64,000 nt of DNA from Candidatus Deferrimicrobiaceae bacterium (GCA_963792415.1 CAWBVY010000004.1:224001-288000); one strand, 5' to 3'; shown: positions 17,140 to 27,441, counted from the stretch's first letter. Numbers and translations are program-made. The notes: generated from the sequence alone by a model not told the origin.

Positions 17140-17884
17140 CGGAGCGGAACCCGCCGTGGACACCGTCAGCGCCTTCACACCGCGCTTCGAATACCTGCGG
17201 GTCACGGATCTGCACGCCTTCTACGGGGAGTCCCATATCCTTCACGGGATCGATTTCACGGTGAACCGCGGCGAGCTGGTCACGCTGCTGGGGCGCAACG
17301 GCGCCGGGCGCACCACAACGCTGAAGGCGATCCTCGGGCTGGTGGGGAGGCGCACCGGGTCGATCATGATCAACGGGAGAGAGGGGATCGACCTTCCGAC
17401 GCACAAGATCGCCCACCTGGGCATCGGCTACTGTCCGGAGGAGCGCGGGATCTACGCCAGCCTTTCCCTGGAGGAGAACCTGCTCCTGCCCCCGATCGTG
17501 TCCAGCAGCGGCATGGCCCTCAAGGAAATCTATGAAATGTTCCCCCAGCTGGCGGAGCGGAAGAACATCCAGGGCAGCCGGTTGTCGGGCGGGGAGCAGC
17601 AGATGCTCGCGATGGCCCGGATCCTGCGCACCGGGGCCACCCTGCTTCTGCTGGACGAGATCACGGAAGGGCTGGCGCCCGTCATCGTGCAGACGCTCGG
17701 CCGGGTCATCCGGGAGCTGAAGGAGAAGGGTCTCACCATCGTCATGGTGGAGCAGAATTTCCGTTTTGCCGCGCAGCTGGCGGACCGCCACTACGTGATG
17801 GAGCACGGGCGGATCGTGGAGATGGTGAAGAAGGAGGATCTGGCGTCCCGGATCGGGAAACTGCACGAGTACCTCGGCGTCTAA
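17132..17884 (+). CDS. livF: Branched-chain amino acid-type ABC ATPase (LivF-like)
   Basis: YGESHILHG, GRNGAGRTT, PEERGI, LSGGEQQMLA, LLDEITEGLAP, VEQN. Confidence 0.94.
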   Translation: MNSGAEPAVDTVSAFTPRFEYLRVTDLHAFYGESHILHGIDFTVNRGELVTLLGRNGAGRTTTLKAILGLVGRRTGSIMINGREGIDLPTHKIAHLGIGYCPEERGIYASLSLEENLLLPPIVSSSGMALKEIYEMFPQLAERKNIQGSRLSGGEQQMLAMARILRTGATLLLLDEITEGLAPVIVQTLGRVIRELKEKGLTIVMVEQNFRFAAQLADRHYVMEHGRIVEMVKKEDLASRIGKLHEYLGV

Positions 17885-17912
17885 CACCCAACCGAAAAAG
17901 GAGGACGAAAAA

Positions 17913-19133
17913 ATGAAACGGAAACTGCTGAGCGCACTGATTTGCGCCGCCCTGATGCTTCACGTCGGCGCGACCGCCGGGGCCGCGACAAAGGTCTCGG
18001 ACGGCGTGGTGAAGATCGGCGTTCTGACCGACATGTCGGGGACATACTCCGACCTGGCCGGGCCCGGGTCGCTGATCGCGGTGCAGATGGCCGTCGAGGA
18101 CTTTATCGCGAAGAAAAAACCGGACTTCAAGATCGAGGTGATCTCGGCGGACCACCAGAACAAGGGGGACATCGCGGCGATCAAGGCGCGCGAATGGATC
18201 GACACGGAGAAGGTGGACGTGATCGTCGACCTGGTGACGACCTCCACCGCGCTGGCGGTCATGAAGGTGGGGAAGGAGAAGAACCGGATCACGCTGGTTT
18301 CGGGCGCCGCCTCCACGCCGATCACCAACGAGCAGTGCACGGACGTCAACGTGCACTGGACCTACGACACGTACGCGCTGGCCGTGGGGACGGGGAAGGC
18401 GGTCGTGAAGCAGGGAGGGAAGACCTGGTTCTTCCTGACCGCCGATTACGCGTTCGGGAAGTCGCTGGAGAAGAACACCAGCGAAGTGGTCGTCAAGGAA
18501 GGCGGCAAAGTGCTGGGGCACGTGCTGCACCCGTTCCCGGCCCAGGATTTCTCCTCGTTCCTGCTGCAGGCACAATCCTCGGGCGCCCAGGTGATCGGGC
18601 TGGCCAACGCCGGCAACGACACCATCAACGCCATCAAGCAGGCGTCCGAGTTCGGCATCACGCCGAAGCAGTCGCTCGCCGGGTTGCTGATGTTCATCAC
18701 GGACGTGCACAGCCTGGGGCTGAAGACCACCCAGGGCATGTACCTCACCACCGGCTTCTACTGGGACCGGAACGACGAGACCCGGGCATGGTCGAAGCGC
18801 TTCTACGAGAAGAAGAGCCGGCAGCCCACCATGGTCCAGGCGGGGGACTACTCGGCGGTGACCCACTACCTCGAGGCGATCAAGGCGGCCGGCACCGACG
18901 ACACGCAGGCCGTGATGGCCAAGATGAAGGCGACGCCGATCAACGACTTCTTCGCCAAGAACGGCCAGATCCGCGTCGATGGCCGCATGGTGCACGACAT
19001 GTACCTGGCCCAGGTGAAGAAGCCGGAGGAGTCGAAGTACGCGTGGGACTACTACAACATCCGGCAGGTGATCCCGGCGGACCAGGCGTTCATGCCGTTG
19101 TCCGAGAGCGTATGCCCTCTCGTTAAGAAGTAA
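17913..19133 (+). CDS. Liv-type ABC substrate-binding protein (Peripla_BP_6)
   Basis: Signal peptide, VKIGVLTDMSG.Y, SADHQNK, TADYAFG, LANAG.DT, IRVDGRMVHDMYL. Confidence 0.93.
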   Translation: MKRKLLSALICAALMLHVGATAGAATKVSDGVVKIGVLTDMSGTYSDLAGPGSLIAVQMAVEDFIAKKKPDFKIEVISADHQNKGDIAAIKAREWIDTEKVDVIVDLVTTSTALAVMKVGKEKNRITLVSGAASTPITNEQCTDVNVHWTYDTYALAVGTGKAVVKQGGKTWFFLTADYAFGKSLEKNTSEVVVKEGGKVLGHVLHPFPAQDFSSFLLQAQSSGAQVIGLANAGNDTINAIKQASEFGITPKQSLAGLLMFITDVHSLGLKTTQGMYLTTGFYWDRNDETRAWSKRFYEKKSRQPTMVQAGDYSAVTHYLEAIKAAGTDDTQAVMAKMKATPINDFFAKNGQIRVDGRMVHDMYLAQVKKPEESKYAWDYYNIRQVIPADQAFMPLSESVCPLVKK

Positions 19134-19143
19134 GGAGGACCGC

Positions 19144-19181
19144 GCGCGGGGCGGAAGGCTGACTTTCCGCCCCGCGTTTTT
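19144..19181 (+). terminator. Intrinsic terminator or stabilising hairpin after the SBP gene
   Basis: GCGCGGGGCGGAAGG-ctga-CTTTCCGCCCCGCGT plus TTTT. Confidence 0.75.
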
Positions 19182-19225
19182 GCGGGGAGATCCGCGCAGA
19201 CAACCAGTGGGAGGAGAGCGTTTCC

Positions 19226-20194
19226 GTGACCGGGATCTTCGGCATCTCGATACAGGGCCTTCTCGGCCAGCTGCTGGTCGGCCTGCTCAACGGCTCCTTC
19301 TACGCCATCCTCAGCCTCGGGCTGGCGATCATCTTCGGCCTTCTCAACATCATCAACTTCGCCCACGGCGCCCAGTACATGATGGGCGCGTTCCTGGCCT
19401 GGATCGGGATGCGGTATCTCGGTGTCACCTACTGGTGGGCGCTGCTCCTCTCGCCGCTGCTGGTCGGGGCGTTCGGCATGCTCCTGGAGCGCGGCATGCT
19501 GAAGCGGCTCTACAAGCTGGACCACCTCTACGGGCTGCTCCTCACGTTCGGCCTGGCGCTGATCATCGAAGGCCTCTTCCGGTACCGGTTCGGCATATCG
19601 GGCGAAAGCTACCCGGTGACCGAACTGCTGGCGGGCGGGAAGAATCTCGGCTTCATGTTCCTGCCGAAGTACCGGGTTTGGGTCGTGGTGGCGTCGCTGG
19701 TCGTCTGCTTCGCGACGTGGTACGTCATCGAGCGGACCAAGCTGGGGTCCTATCTGCGGGCCGGCACGGAAAATCCGCAGCTTCTGCAGGCGTTCGGGGT
19801 CAACGTGCCGCTGATGATCACGCTGACCTACGGGTACGGCGTGGCGCTGGCCGCGTTCGCCGGCGTCCTGGCGGCGCCGATCTTCAACGTGAACCCGGTG
19901 ATGGGTTCGAATCTCATCATCGTCGTGTTCGCGGTCGTGGTGGTCGGCGGCATGGGCTCGATCATGGGCTCCATCGTGACCGGCCTCGGCCTCGGGCTGA
20001 TCGAGGGAATCGTCAAGTCCGGGATGATCGCCAACCTGCTCAGCAATGTGTTCGATTCGGTGCCCGTGGCGCGATCCCTCGTCTATCCGGTCAAGCTGCT
20101 CTTCTCCCCCGAGGCGTCGGCGGTGACCATCTTCGTGATCATGGCCATCGTCCTGCTGGTGCGGCCGGCGGGCCTCTTCGGCAGGGAGCGGTAG
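19226..20194 (+). CDS. livH: Liv-type ABC permease (LivH-like)
   Basis: GLLNGSFYAILSLGL, IINFAHGAQYM, GGMGSI.G, RPAGLFG. Confidence 0.93.
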   Translation: MTGIFGISIQGLLGQLLVGLLNGSFYAILSLGLAIIFGLLNIINFAHGAQYMMGAFLAWIGMRYLGVTYWWALLLSPLLVGAFGMLLERGMLKRLYKLDHLYGLLLTFGLALIIEGLFRYRFGISGESYPVTELLAGGKNLGFMFLPKYRVWVVVASLVVCFATWYVIERTKLGSYLRAGTENPQLLQAFGVNVPLMITLTYGYGVALAAFAGVLAAPIFNVNPVMGSNLIIVVFAVVVVGGMGSIMGSIVTGLGLGLIEGIVKSGMIANLLSNVFDSVPVARSLVYPVKLLFSPEASAVTIFVIMAIVLLVRPAGLFGRER

Positions 20195-20197
20195 GTC

Positions 20198-21202
20198 ATG
20201 CCCCGGCTCAAAATGAATGCGGTTGCCTGGGGGGTGCTCGCCGTGTTGGGCGTCGCGGCCCCCTTCCTCGTGTATCCGGTGTTCGCGATGAAGATCCTCT
20301 GTTTCGCACTGTTCGCGTGCGCGTTCAACCTGCTCCTGGGCTACTCCGGCCTCCTCTCCTTCGGGCACGCGGCGTTCCTCGGCACCGCCGGGTACGTCAC
20401 GGGCCACACCGTCAAGGCCCTCGGGTTCCCACCGGAGGTCGGCATCCTCGCAGGCACCGCGACGGCCGCGGTGCTCGGGTACGTCGTCGGCAGCCTGGCG
20501 ATACGGCGCTCGGGGATCTACTTCGCGATGATCACGTTGGCCCTGGCGCAGATGGTGTACTTCATGTGTCTGCAGATGCCCTTCACGGGAGGGGAGGACG
20601 GGCTGCAGGGGGTGCCTCGCGGGAAGCTTTTCGGCGCGATCGACCTGATGCAGCCCCTGTACATGTACTACTTCGTGTTCGGGATCTTCATGGTGGGGTT
20701 CCTGGTCATCTACCGGACGATCCATTCCCCGTTCGGCCAGGTGCTCAAGGCGATCCGGGAGAACGAGCCGAGGGCGATCTCCCTCGGTTACGACGTGGAG
20801 AAATATAAACTGACCGCGTTCGTGCTCTCGGCGGCCCTTTCGGGCCTGGCGGGGGCGACCAAGACCCTGGTCTTCCAGCTGGCGTCTCTCACCGATGTGC
20901 ACTGGCACATGTCGGGGGAAGTGGTGCTGATGACCCTGCTGGGCGGGATGGGGACGGTATTCGGGCCCGTCGTCGGCGCGATCGTCGTGGTCAGCCTGCA
21001 GAACTACGGCGCGAATATCGGCCAATGGGTGATCGTGATCACCGGTACGATCTTCGTCATCTGCGTGCTGGCGTTCCGCCGGGGGATCGTGGGCGAGATC
21101 GCGGCGCTGTTCAAGGAGGTCTCTCCCGCCGTTGCAGGAGGGGGGGGGCCGGATCAGCCCGAGCCGCGGAAACCCGCGGCCCGGACCCCGGGCGTCACCT
21201 GA
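20198..21202 (+). CDS. livM: Liv-type ABC permease (LivM-like)
   Basis: FNLLLGYSGLLSFGHAAF, GIYFAMITLA, TGGEDG, SPFGQVLKAIRENE.RA. Confidence 0.93.
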   Translation: MPRLKMNAVAWGVLAVLGVAAPFLVYPVFAMKILCFALFACAFNLLLGYSGLLSFGHAAFLGTAGYVTGHTVKALGFPPEVGILAGTATAAVLGYVVGSLAIRRSGIYFAMITLALAQMVYFMCLQMPFTGGEDGLQGVPRGKLFGAIDLMQPLYMYYFVFGIFMVGFLVIYRTIHSPFGQVLKAIRENEPRAISLGYDVEKYKLTAFVLSAALSGLAGATKTLVFQLASLTDVHWHMSGEVVLMTLLGGMGTVFGPVVGAIVVVSLQNYGANIGQWVIVITGTIFVICVLAFRRGIVGEIAALFKEVSPAVAGGGGPDQPEPRKPAARTPGVT

Positions 21203-21268
21203 TCGGCGTACCCGACGAGGGTCTCCCGGAACCTCCCGGTCGTCCGTTCTGCCTCCGTTCGATCCGCT

Positions 21269-22654
21269 TTACCACTCCGCGCGACGGTGTTCCGCGTGGC
21301 GGGGAGACGGCTTGCTCGCTCCGAATCCCGGAGTCCACTTCGAATCGCGACGCGAGCGGCCCGGGCGGCCGTCGGGACGCGTGCCGGAGGCGTCGTGCTT
21401 TCTCCGGGGGTTCGGCACGTTGTTGGGGTGCGCCGCCGCGCCGTGCGCCTGCCGCGGGTCGAGGTTCGTCGGTGTCCCGGCGCCGTACCCGGAGCGGTAC
21501 GGATGGTCCTCCACCACCGGAAGGTGTTTGCGGATGAGCCGCTCGATATCGGCGAGGAAGGGGCGCTCGTCGACGGAGCAGAACGACAGCGCGATCCCGG
21601 AGGCGCCGGCCCGCCCCGTGCGCCCGATCCGGTGGACGTAGCTTTCCGGCTCGTTGGGGAGGTCGAAGTTGACCACGTGCGACAGGTCGACGATGTCGAG
21701 GCCCCGGGCGGCGATGTCCGTCGCCACGAGCACTCTCGTCACGCCCCGCTTGAAGCTCGCCAGCGCCTTCTCTCGCGCGTTCTGCGACTTGTTTCCGTGG
21801 ATCGCCTCGGCCCGGACCGCGTACCGCTCGAGCTGCCTGGTGACCGCATCGGCCCCGTGCTTGGTGCGCGTGAAGACGAGCGCGTTCTTGATGGAAGGTC
21901 CGTCCAGCAGGTGCTTGAGGAGCTTGATCTTTTCGGATTTCTCGACGTAGTGGATCCGCTGCTCCACGGCCTCGGCGGGAGTCGCAACCGGGGTCACGGC
22001 CACCCGGATCGGATCGCGGAGGATCGTGTCCGCCAGCCCCTGGATCTCCCTCGGCATCGTCGCCGAGAAAAAGAGGGTCTGCCGCTTCGCGGGCAGCTGG
22101 TCGATGACGCGCCGGATGTCGTGGATGAAGCCCATGTCCAGCATCCGGTCGGCCTCGTCGAGGACGAACGTCTCGACGTTCTTGAGCTGCACGAGTCCCT
22201 GGGACATCAGGTCGAGGAGACGCCCGGGCGTGGCGACGAGGATGTCGATCCCCCGCCGGAGCGCCTGCGACTGGGGCCCCTGGTTGACGCCGCCGAAGAC
22301 GATGGCGTGCTTGAGGGGCGTGTACCGGCCGTACTCGCCGAAGCTCGCGGCGATCTGGGAAGCCAGTTCCCGCGTCGGCGTCAGCACGAGGACGCGGATG
22401 GGACGGCGTCCGGTCCCCCTCCACGGGGTACCCTGGAGGCGGTGGAGGATCGGAAGGGCGAAGGCGGCCGTCTTTCCGGTGCCGGTCTGCGCGCAGCCGA
22501 TCAGGTCCTTCCCCTCGAGCACGATGGGGATCGCCTTCTCCTGGATGGGGGTGGGTACGGTGTACTTCTTCTCCGCGACGGCGCGGAGGATCTCGGGGCG
22601 GAGCCCGAACGCTTCAAACGACATGTTCTCTTCGAGCGGTTTCTGTTCCTGCAT
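21269..22654 (-). CDS. rhlE: DEAD-box RNA helicase, RhlE-like (start 22654; alternatives 22663 and 22624)
   Basis: Q motif [63 protein letters not shown]. Confidence 0.93.
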   Translation of the reverse strand: MQEQKPLEENMSFEAFGLRPEILRAVAEKKYTVPTPIQEKAIPIVLEGKDLIGCAQTGTGKTAAFALPILHRLQGTPWRGTGRRPIRVLVLTPTRELASQIAASFGEYGRYTPLKHAIVFGGVNQGPQSQALRRGIDILVATPGRLLDLMSQGLVQLKNVETFVLDEADRMLDMGFIHDIRRVIDQLPAKRQTLFFSATMPREIQGLADTILRDPIRVAVTPVATPAEAVEQRIHYVEKSEKIKLLKHLLDGPSIKNALVFTRTKHGADAVTRQLERYAVRAEAIHGNKSQNAREKALASFKRGVTRVLVATDIAARGLDIVDLSHVVNFDLPNEPESYVHRIGRTGRAGASGIALSFCSVDERPFLADIERLIRKHLPVVEDHPYRSGYGAGTPTNLDPRQAHGAAAHPNNVPNPRRKHDASGTRPDGRPGRSRRDSKWTPGFGASKPSPRHAEHRRAEW

Positions 22655-22839
22655 GTTCTGCACTTCTCCTTAGAGTTTTTTCACCAAGCACAAGCCGGTG
22701 GGCGGGACAGTGTGCCCGTCCGATCTTCCGCACGGTGAAATCTCGGGAGAAGCTGGATGACCCGGCCGGGGTGCCGGGTAGCTCCTTCGAAAGGACCCTT
22801 GGGGGAGAGGATTGCGTCTGGGATATTTGAACTGACGAC

Positions 22840-22868
22840 ACCATACCACCTTGGCGCCGGATCCGCAA
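22840..22868 (-). promoter_or_regulatory. sigma70 promoter for the helicase, implying a leader of about 180 nt
   Basis: Minus strand TTGCGG-N17-TATGGT with extended -10 TG. Confidence 0.65.
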
Positions 22869-23004
22869 GCGATCTCTTTCGGGGGATTTCCGGCCCGGAG
22901 CGACTCCCCCCCCCCCCCTTCCCTCCGGAATCGTTCGGTCCCCGCCGGCAATCCTATGGTCGGACGCCGCGGAAGAGAACGGTGCCCGGGACGGGGACAG
23001 GCAC

Positions 23005-23799
23005 GTGACAAGCTGGTGGGAACTATTCCTGATCGTATGGGGGGGCGCCGCCGCAGGGATGGCGGTGTTGCACATCGTCCAGCGGATCCGTCGCGACGCC
23101 GGGATCGTCGACGTTGGGTGGGCGGCCGGCGTCGGGCTTTCGGCCCTCTTTTACGCCATCGTCTCCGGCGGGGATCCGGTCCGCCGCGCGGTACTGGCGG
23201 TCCTCGGCGGGGTCTGGGGGTTCCGCCTGGCCGGGTACCTCCTCGTCGACCGGGTGTTGCGCGACCGCGAGGACGGGCGGTACGCCGCGATGCGGGAAGC
23301 GTGGGGGGAGCGCGCGCAGCGCAACCTCTTCCTCTTCTTCCAGGCGCAGGCGTTCTGGGTCGCCCTTTTCTCGCTGCCGTTCCTGGGGGTCGCCGCGAAC
23401 GGGGCCCCCTTCCCGGGGCCGATCGATGTCGCCGGGATCGCCGTCTGGCTCCTCTCGGTGGCGGGCGAGGGGGTGGCCGACGCGCAGCTCTCCAGGCACC
23501 GGCGCGACCCCGGAAACCGGGGGAAGACGTGCCGGTCCGGGCTGTGGCGCTACTCCCGGCACCCGAACTACTTCTTCGAGTGGCTCCACTGGTTCGCCTA
23601 TGTGCTGCTGGCGTGGGGATCGCCGTGGGCGGCCCTCTCGTGGCCGGGCCCCGTGGTGATGCTCCTCTTCCTGTACAAGGTCACCGGGATCCCCTACACC
23701 GAGCGGCAGGCCCTCAGGAGCCGCGGCGACGACTACCGCCGGTACCAGGAGGAGACGAGCGCCTTCTTCCCGTGGTTCCCGAAGGAGAGGGAGCCGTGA
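23005..23799 (+). CDS. DUF1295 / steroid 5-alpha-reductase-like membrane protein
   Basis: DAGIVDVGW, EDGRY, AD.QL, GLWRYSRHPNYFFEW, TGIP.TE. Confidence 0.92.
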   Translation: MTSWWELFLIVWGGAAAGMAVLHIVQRIRRDAGIVDVGWAAGVGLSALFYAIVSGGDPVRRAVLAVLGGVWGFRLAGYLLVDRVLRDREDGRYAAMREAWGERAQRNLFLFFQAQAFWVALFSLPFLGVAANGAPFPGPIDVAGIAVWLLSVAGEGVADAQLSRHRRDPGNRGKTCRSGLWRYSRHPNYFFEWLHWFAYVLLAWGSPWAALSWPGPVVMLLFLYKVTGIPYTERQALRSRGDDYRRYQEETSAFFPWFPKEREP

Positions 23800-24830
23800 G
23801 CCTGGGGGCGACGCTCGCCGAGCGGGGATATCTCCCCGATTCCGTGGTCCGCTACGGCATCCGGCGCCTCGACCGGAAACGGCTTCGGGCCGAGGACCGG
23901 GGGAGCCCGGAGCGGAACCGGGAGGCGGTGCGGGAGTTCGCGGCGCGCCTCGCGGAGAGTCCCCTCGCGCTCCACACGCGGGAGGCGAACGAGCAGCATT
24001 ACGAGCTTCCGCCCGCGTTCTTCGCCCGGGTGCTCGGTCCCCGGATGAAGTACAGCGGCTGCTACTGGCCGGCCGGCGTCTCCACGCTCGGCGCGGCCGA
24101 AGAGGCGATGCTGGACCTCACCTGCCGGCGGGCGGGGATCGCGGACGGGATGGAGGTGCTCGAGCTCGGTTGCGGCTGGGGGTCGCTGACGCTCTGGATC
24201 GCCGAGAGGTACCCGCGGTGCCGTGTCGTCGCCGTCTCGAACTCCTCCCCCCAGCGGCTCCACATCGAGGCGGCCGCGGCGGCCCGGGGAATCCGCAATG
24301 TGGAGGTTCGCACCGCAGACATGAACGACTTCGACCCGGGGCGCCGCTTCGACCGGGTCGTCTCGGTCGAGATGTTCGAGCACATGCGGAACTGGCCGCT
24401 CCTGATGCGCCGCATCGCATCGTGGCTGGACGACGGGGGGAAGCTGTTCGTCCACATCTTCTCGCACGCGCGCCTCCCGTACCTGTACGAGCCCGACGGG
24501 GACGACGACTGGATGGGGCGGTACTTCTTCACCGGGGGGATGATGCCGTCGGACGACCTCCTCCTGCGCTTCCAGGAACACCTCTCCGTGGAGGACCACT
24601 GGGTCGTCGACGGGACCCATTACGAGAAGACGGCCGACGCGTGGCTGGGGAACCTGGACCGCGCGCGGGACGAGCTCCTGCCGGTCCTCGCGTCCGTTTA
24701 CGGGGAGAGGAACGCACCCCTGTGGTTCCGGCGGTGGAGGATCTTCTTCCTGGCGTGCTCGGAATTGTGGGGGTACGACGGCGGCCGGGAGTGGGTCGTC
24801 TCCCACTACCGATTCGGCAGGAGAAGCTGA
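23796..24830 (+). CDS. SAM-dependent methyltransferase, CFA-synthase/coclaurine-NMT-like family
   Basis: ANEQHYELP, MKYSGC, LELGCGWGSL, SVEMFEHMRN, WM.RYFFTGGMMPS. GTGA overlap with the upstream gene. Confidence 0.92.
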   Translation: MSLGATLAERGYLPDSVVRYGIRRLDRKRLRAEDRGSPERNREAVREFAARLAESPLALHTREANEQHYELPPAFFARVLGPRMKYSGCYWPAGVSTLGAAEEAMLDLTCRRAGIADGMEVLELGCGWGSLTLWIAERYPRCRVVAVSNSSPQRLHIEAAAAARGIRNVEVRTADMNDFDPGRRFDRVVSVEMFEHMRNWPLLMRRIASWLDDGGKLFVHIFSHARLPYLYEPDGDDDWMGRYFFTGGMMPSDDLLLRFQEHLSVEDHWVVDGTHYEKTADAWLGNLDRARDELLPVLASVYGERNAPLWFRRWRIFFLACSELWGYDGGREWVVSHYRFGRRS

Positions 24831-25342
24831 CCCGGACCTTCCACCCGCTCGGAGAGCCGCACAAGGAGCGGCACCGACGCCGCCCAGACCACGGCCAGCA
24901 ACACCAGCCCGAAACGGATCCCCCCCGGGAACGACAATGCCCCCAGGCGTGCGCCGGCATAGTAGGCTCCGGGGCCCGCCACCGCGCCGAGAACCGCGGA
25001 GAGCGCGGTCTTTCCCCGCAGGAACCGCATCGACACCGTCACCGCGGCGCCGAAGTTCGGCCACAGGGCGAAAAGCCACAAGGGGGGAAGTGGCGCCGGG
25101 ACCGCGTCCCGCGCCGGGGCGGTGGCGCCGATCGCGGAAAGCGCCGTTTCGACGAGCAGCCCCAGGACGGCCGCGGCGGCCAGGAGGAGCGCCTGCCTCT
25201 TTCGATTTTCCGAGAGGGCAAGATGGAGCGTCACCGCGGCGGCCACCACGGCGGGACCAAGGAAGAACCTTCCGTTCGCGGCCCCGAGGACGCAGGCGAA
25301 CCATCCGGCCTGGAATGCGACGAGGTTCACGAGAAGGCGCAT
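24806..25342 (-). CDS. DUF2878 membrane protein
   Basis: N..AFQ.GWFACVLG, PPLWL.ALW..F, G..AGP.AYYAG.RLGA. Confidence 0.85.
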   Translation of the reverse strand: MRLLVNLVAFQAGWFACVLGAANGRFFLGPAVVAAAVTLHLALSENRKRQALLLAAAAVLGLLVETALSAIGATAPARDAVPAPLPPLWLFALWPNFGAAVTVSMRFLRGKTALSAVLGAVAGPGAYYAGARLGALSFPGGIRFGLVLLAVVWAASVPLLVRLSERVEGPGQLLLPNR

Positions 25343-25366
25343 CGCCGTCGGCCGGGGAAGAACGGG

Positions 25367-26653
25367 TCAGTCCGCGGGAAGCGGGGGAAGGAGAGGCGCC
25401 TCCCGCCACCGCGGGCGGGAAAAGAGCATCTGCACGTCCCCGTTGTACCGCTCCCGGAACGACCCCTCGCAATAGGAGAGGTAATACTCCCATGACCGCG
25501 CGAACGGGTCGGGAAATCCTTGCTTCCGCACCTCGCGCAGGCGCGCCCGGAACCGTTCCCGCCACCTCTTGAGCGTCTCCGCGTAGTGCGGCGTGATGTC
25601 CTCGAGGTGGACCAGCCGCAGGTCGGTCCCCTTCGCCGCCGCCGCCGCGATGGCCGTCACCGAGGGGATGAAGGTTCCCGGGAAGATGTGCCGCTTGATG
25701 AAGTCCACCGTCCGGACATGGCGGTCGTACAGGTCGTCGCGGATCGTGATCGCCTGCAGGAGCAGCAGCCCGTCGGGTGCGAGCCGGTCCGCGCACGCCT
25801 TCATGAAGACCGGGAGATACGGTGCGCCCACCGCCTCGATCATCTCGACCGAAACGACCCGGTCGAAGGTTCCTTCCGCATCCCGGTAATCCTGGAGGCG
25901 GATCTCCACCCGGTCGGCGAGCCCCGTCTCCGCTACCCGCCGCGTCGCCTCCTCGTATTGCGCCCGGGACACGGTGATGCCGACGACCCGGCAGCCGTAG
26001 TTCGATGCGGCGTGGAGCGCGAATCCTCCCCACCCGCACCCGACCTCGAGGACCCGGTGGGCGGGCTTGAGGCGCAGCTTCCGGGCGATCCGGTCGAACT
26101 TGGCGATCGACGCCTCCTCGAGCGTGGCGTCGGCCCGCTCGAAGATCGCGCACGAGTACGCCATCGTGGGGTCGAGGAAGAGCCGGTAGAAATCGTTTCC
26201 CAGATCGTAATGCTGCGCGACGTTGCGACGGCTCCCGGCCCGGGTGTTCCGGCGGAGGCCGTGTGCCGCGCGGTATGCCCACCCGAGGAACCGGGCGGCG
26301 CCCGACTCCATCCCGGAGAGCGCCTCCTCGTTGCGGGCCATGATCCGCACCAGCGCCACGAGGTCGTCGCACGCCCAGTCGCCGTCCGCATACGATTCGC
26401 CCGCCCCCACGCTTCCCCCGAGGACCGCCCGCCGGTAGAAGGAGGGGTTGCGGACGGTCACGGCCGCCCGGACGGGGAAATCCGGTGTGTTCCGGCCGAA
26501 CGTCCCGGCCCAACCCCCGTCGGACACCGCGATCTCCCCTTCGCGGATCCCGTCAAGCGTCCGTGCGAGAAGGTCCCGGCAGACGGCGTCCAGCCGCGGA
26601 ATCTTCCGGACCGACGCGGGGGACAGTGCGGTTTCCGCATACGATTTCGTCAT
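25367..26653 (-). CDS. cfa: Cyclopropane-fatty-acyl-phospholipid synthase family methyltransferase (UfaM-like)
   Basis: GAGESY..G.W, NT..GSRRN...HYDLGNDFY, M.YSCA, LEVGCGWGG, SVEMIEAVG, DFI..HIFPG, W.YYL.YCEG.F. Confidence 0.92.
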   Translation of the reverse strand: MTKSYAETALSPASVRKIPRLDAVCRDLLARTLDGIREGEIAVSDGGWAGTFGRNTPDFPVRAAVTVRNPSFYRRAVLGGSVGAGESYADGDWACDDLVALVRIMARNEEALSGMESGAARFLGWAYRAAHGLRRNTRAGSRRNVAQHYDLGNDFYRLFLDPTMAYSCAIFERADATLEEASIAKFDRIARKLRLKPAHRVLEVGCGWGGFALHAASNYGCRVVGITVSRAQYEEATRRVAETGLADRVEIRLQDYRDAEGTFDRVVSVEMIEAVGAPYLPVFMKACADRLAPDGLLLLQAITIRDDLYDRHVRTVDFIKRHIFPGTFIPSVTAIAAAAAKGTDLRLVHLEDITPHYAETLKRWRERFRARLREVRKQGFPDPFARSWEYYLSYCEGSFRERYNGDVQMLFSRPRWREAPLLPPLPAD

Positions 26654-26697
26654 GCGCACCCTTTCCGGATCCCGGGGAACCTTTTGTCTGGCGTACT

Positions 26698-27441
26698 TTA
26701 AGGATGGTCGTGGAAGGGGGCTCGTTTCAAGGTGAGGCGAAGCGCCTGCCAGTGGATCGCCGCGACGACCTTCGCGGTCATGAAGGGGTGGCGCAGCAGG
26801 GCAGCGCGGAGGGACCGGGGGGTGATCTCCTCCCGGGAGAGCGCGAGGGTCGCGTCGAACAGGCGCGTTCCCCGCTCGAAGTTCGTCATGTGGACGTGGA
26901 TCTCCCGGCCCGGGTCCCGGAAGCGCCACTCGTACCGCAGGTCCATCGGCATGAACGGGGAGACGTGGAACGCCTTTTCGAAGGAGAAGAACCGCCACGG
27001 CGGTTTCCCTTCCCCCTCCCGGGAAGGGAGGACGTAGAGGTGCCGTTCCTTCCACGGCGTGTTGCTCACGTCGGCCACGAACGTCTCGACGGCCTCGCCG
27101 GCCGGGTCGAAGCAGTAGAAGAAGCTCACCGGGTTGAAGCAGTGCCCGAAGTAGCGCAGGTGGGTGAGGAGCCGGACCGGCCCCGCCGGCCGTTTCCCGG
27201 TCTTCCCCTCCACGAGGTCCCGGACCGCCGTGTCGAGGGGGACCGACGGGTCGCCGAACTGGTCGGAACGCCGGAAGACCGCCGGGGTCCGCCCTTCCAC
27301 GGAGAAGAGCCGCGACCCCTCGAAGATGCGCGGGAGCTCGGCGAGGTCGAGGTACACGAAGAAGAGCTGGTACCGGAACGCGTTCGCGACGGGGGCGAAC
27401 CGGCGGTGGCGCACCCACCCGCGGTAGAGGGCGCTGTTCAC
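26698..27441 (-). CDS. DUF1365 family protein (UfaO-like)
   Basis: SALYRG.VRHRR..P, LLTHLRYFG..FNPVSF.YC, VSNTPW.ERH.Y, K.FHVSPFM, IHWQALRL. GTG start overlaps the upstream stop. Confidence 0.92.
   Translation of the reverse strand: MNSALYRGWVRHRRFAPVANAFRYQLFFVYLDLAELPRIFEGSRLFSVEGRTPAVFRRSDQFGDPSVPLDTAVRDLVEGKTGKRPAGPVRLLTHLRYFGHCFNPVSFFYCFDPAGEAVETFVADVSNTPWKERHLYVLPSREGEGKPPWRFFSFEKAFHVSPFMPMDLRYEWRFRDPGREIHVHMTNFERGTRLFDATLALSREEITPRSLRAALLRHPFMTAKVVAAIHWQALRLTLKRAPFHDHP

Noticed and set aside
21140-21148. G9 tract near the livM 3' end as a phase-variation site
   Set aside because: It lies in the non-conserved C-terminal tail, so slippage would barely alter the protein.
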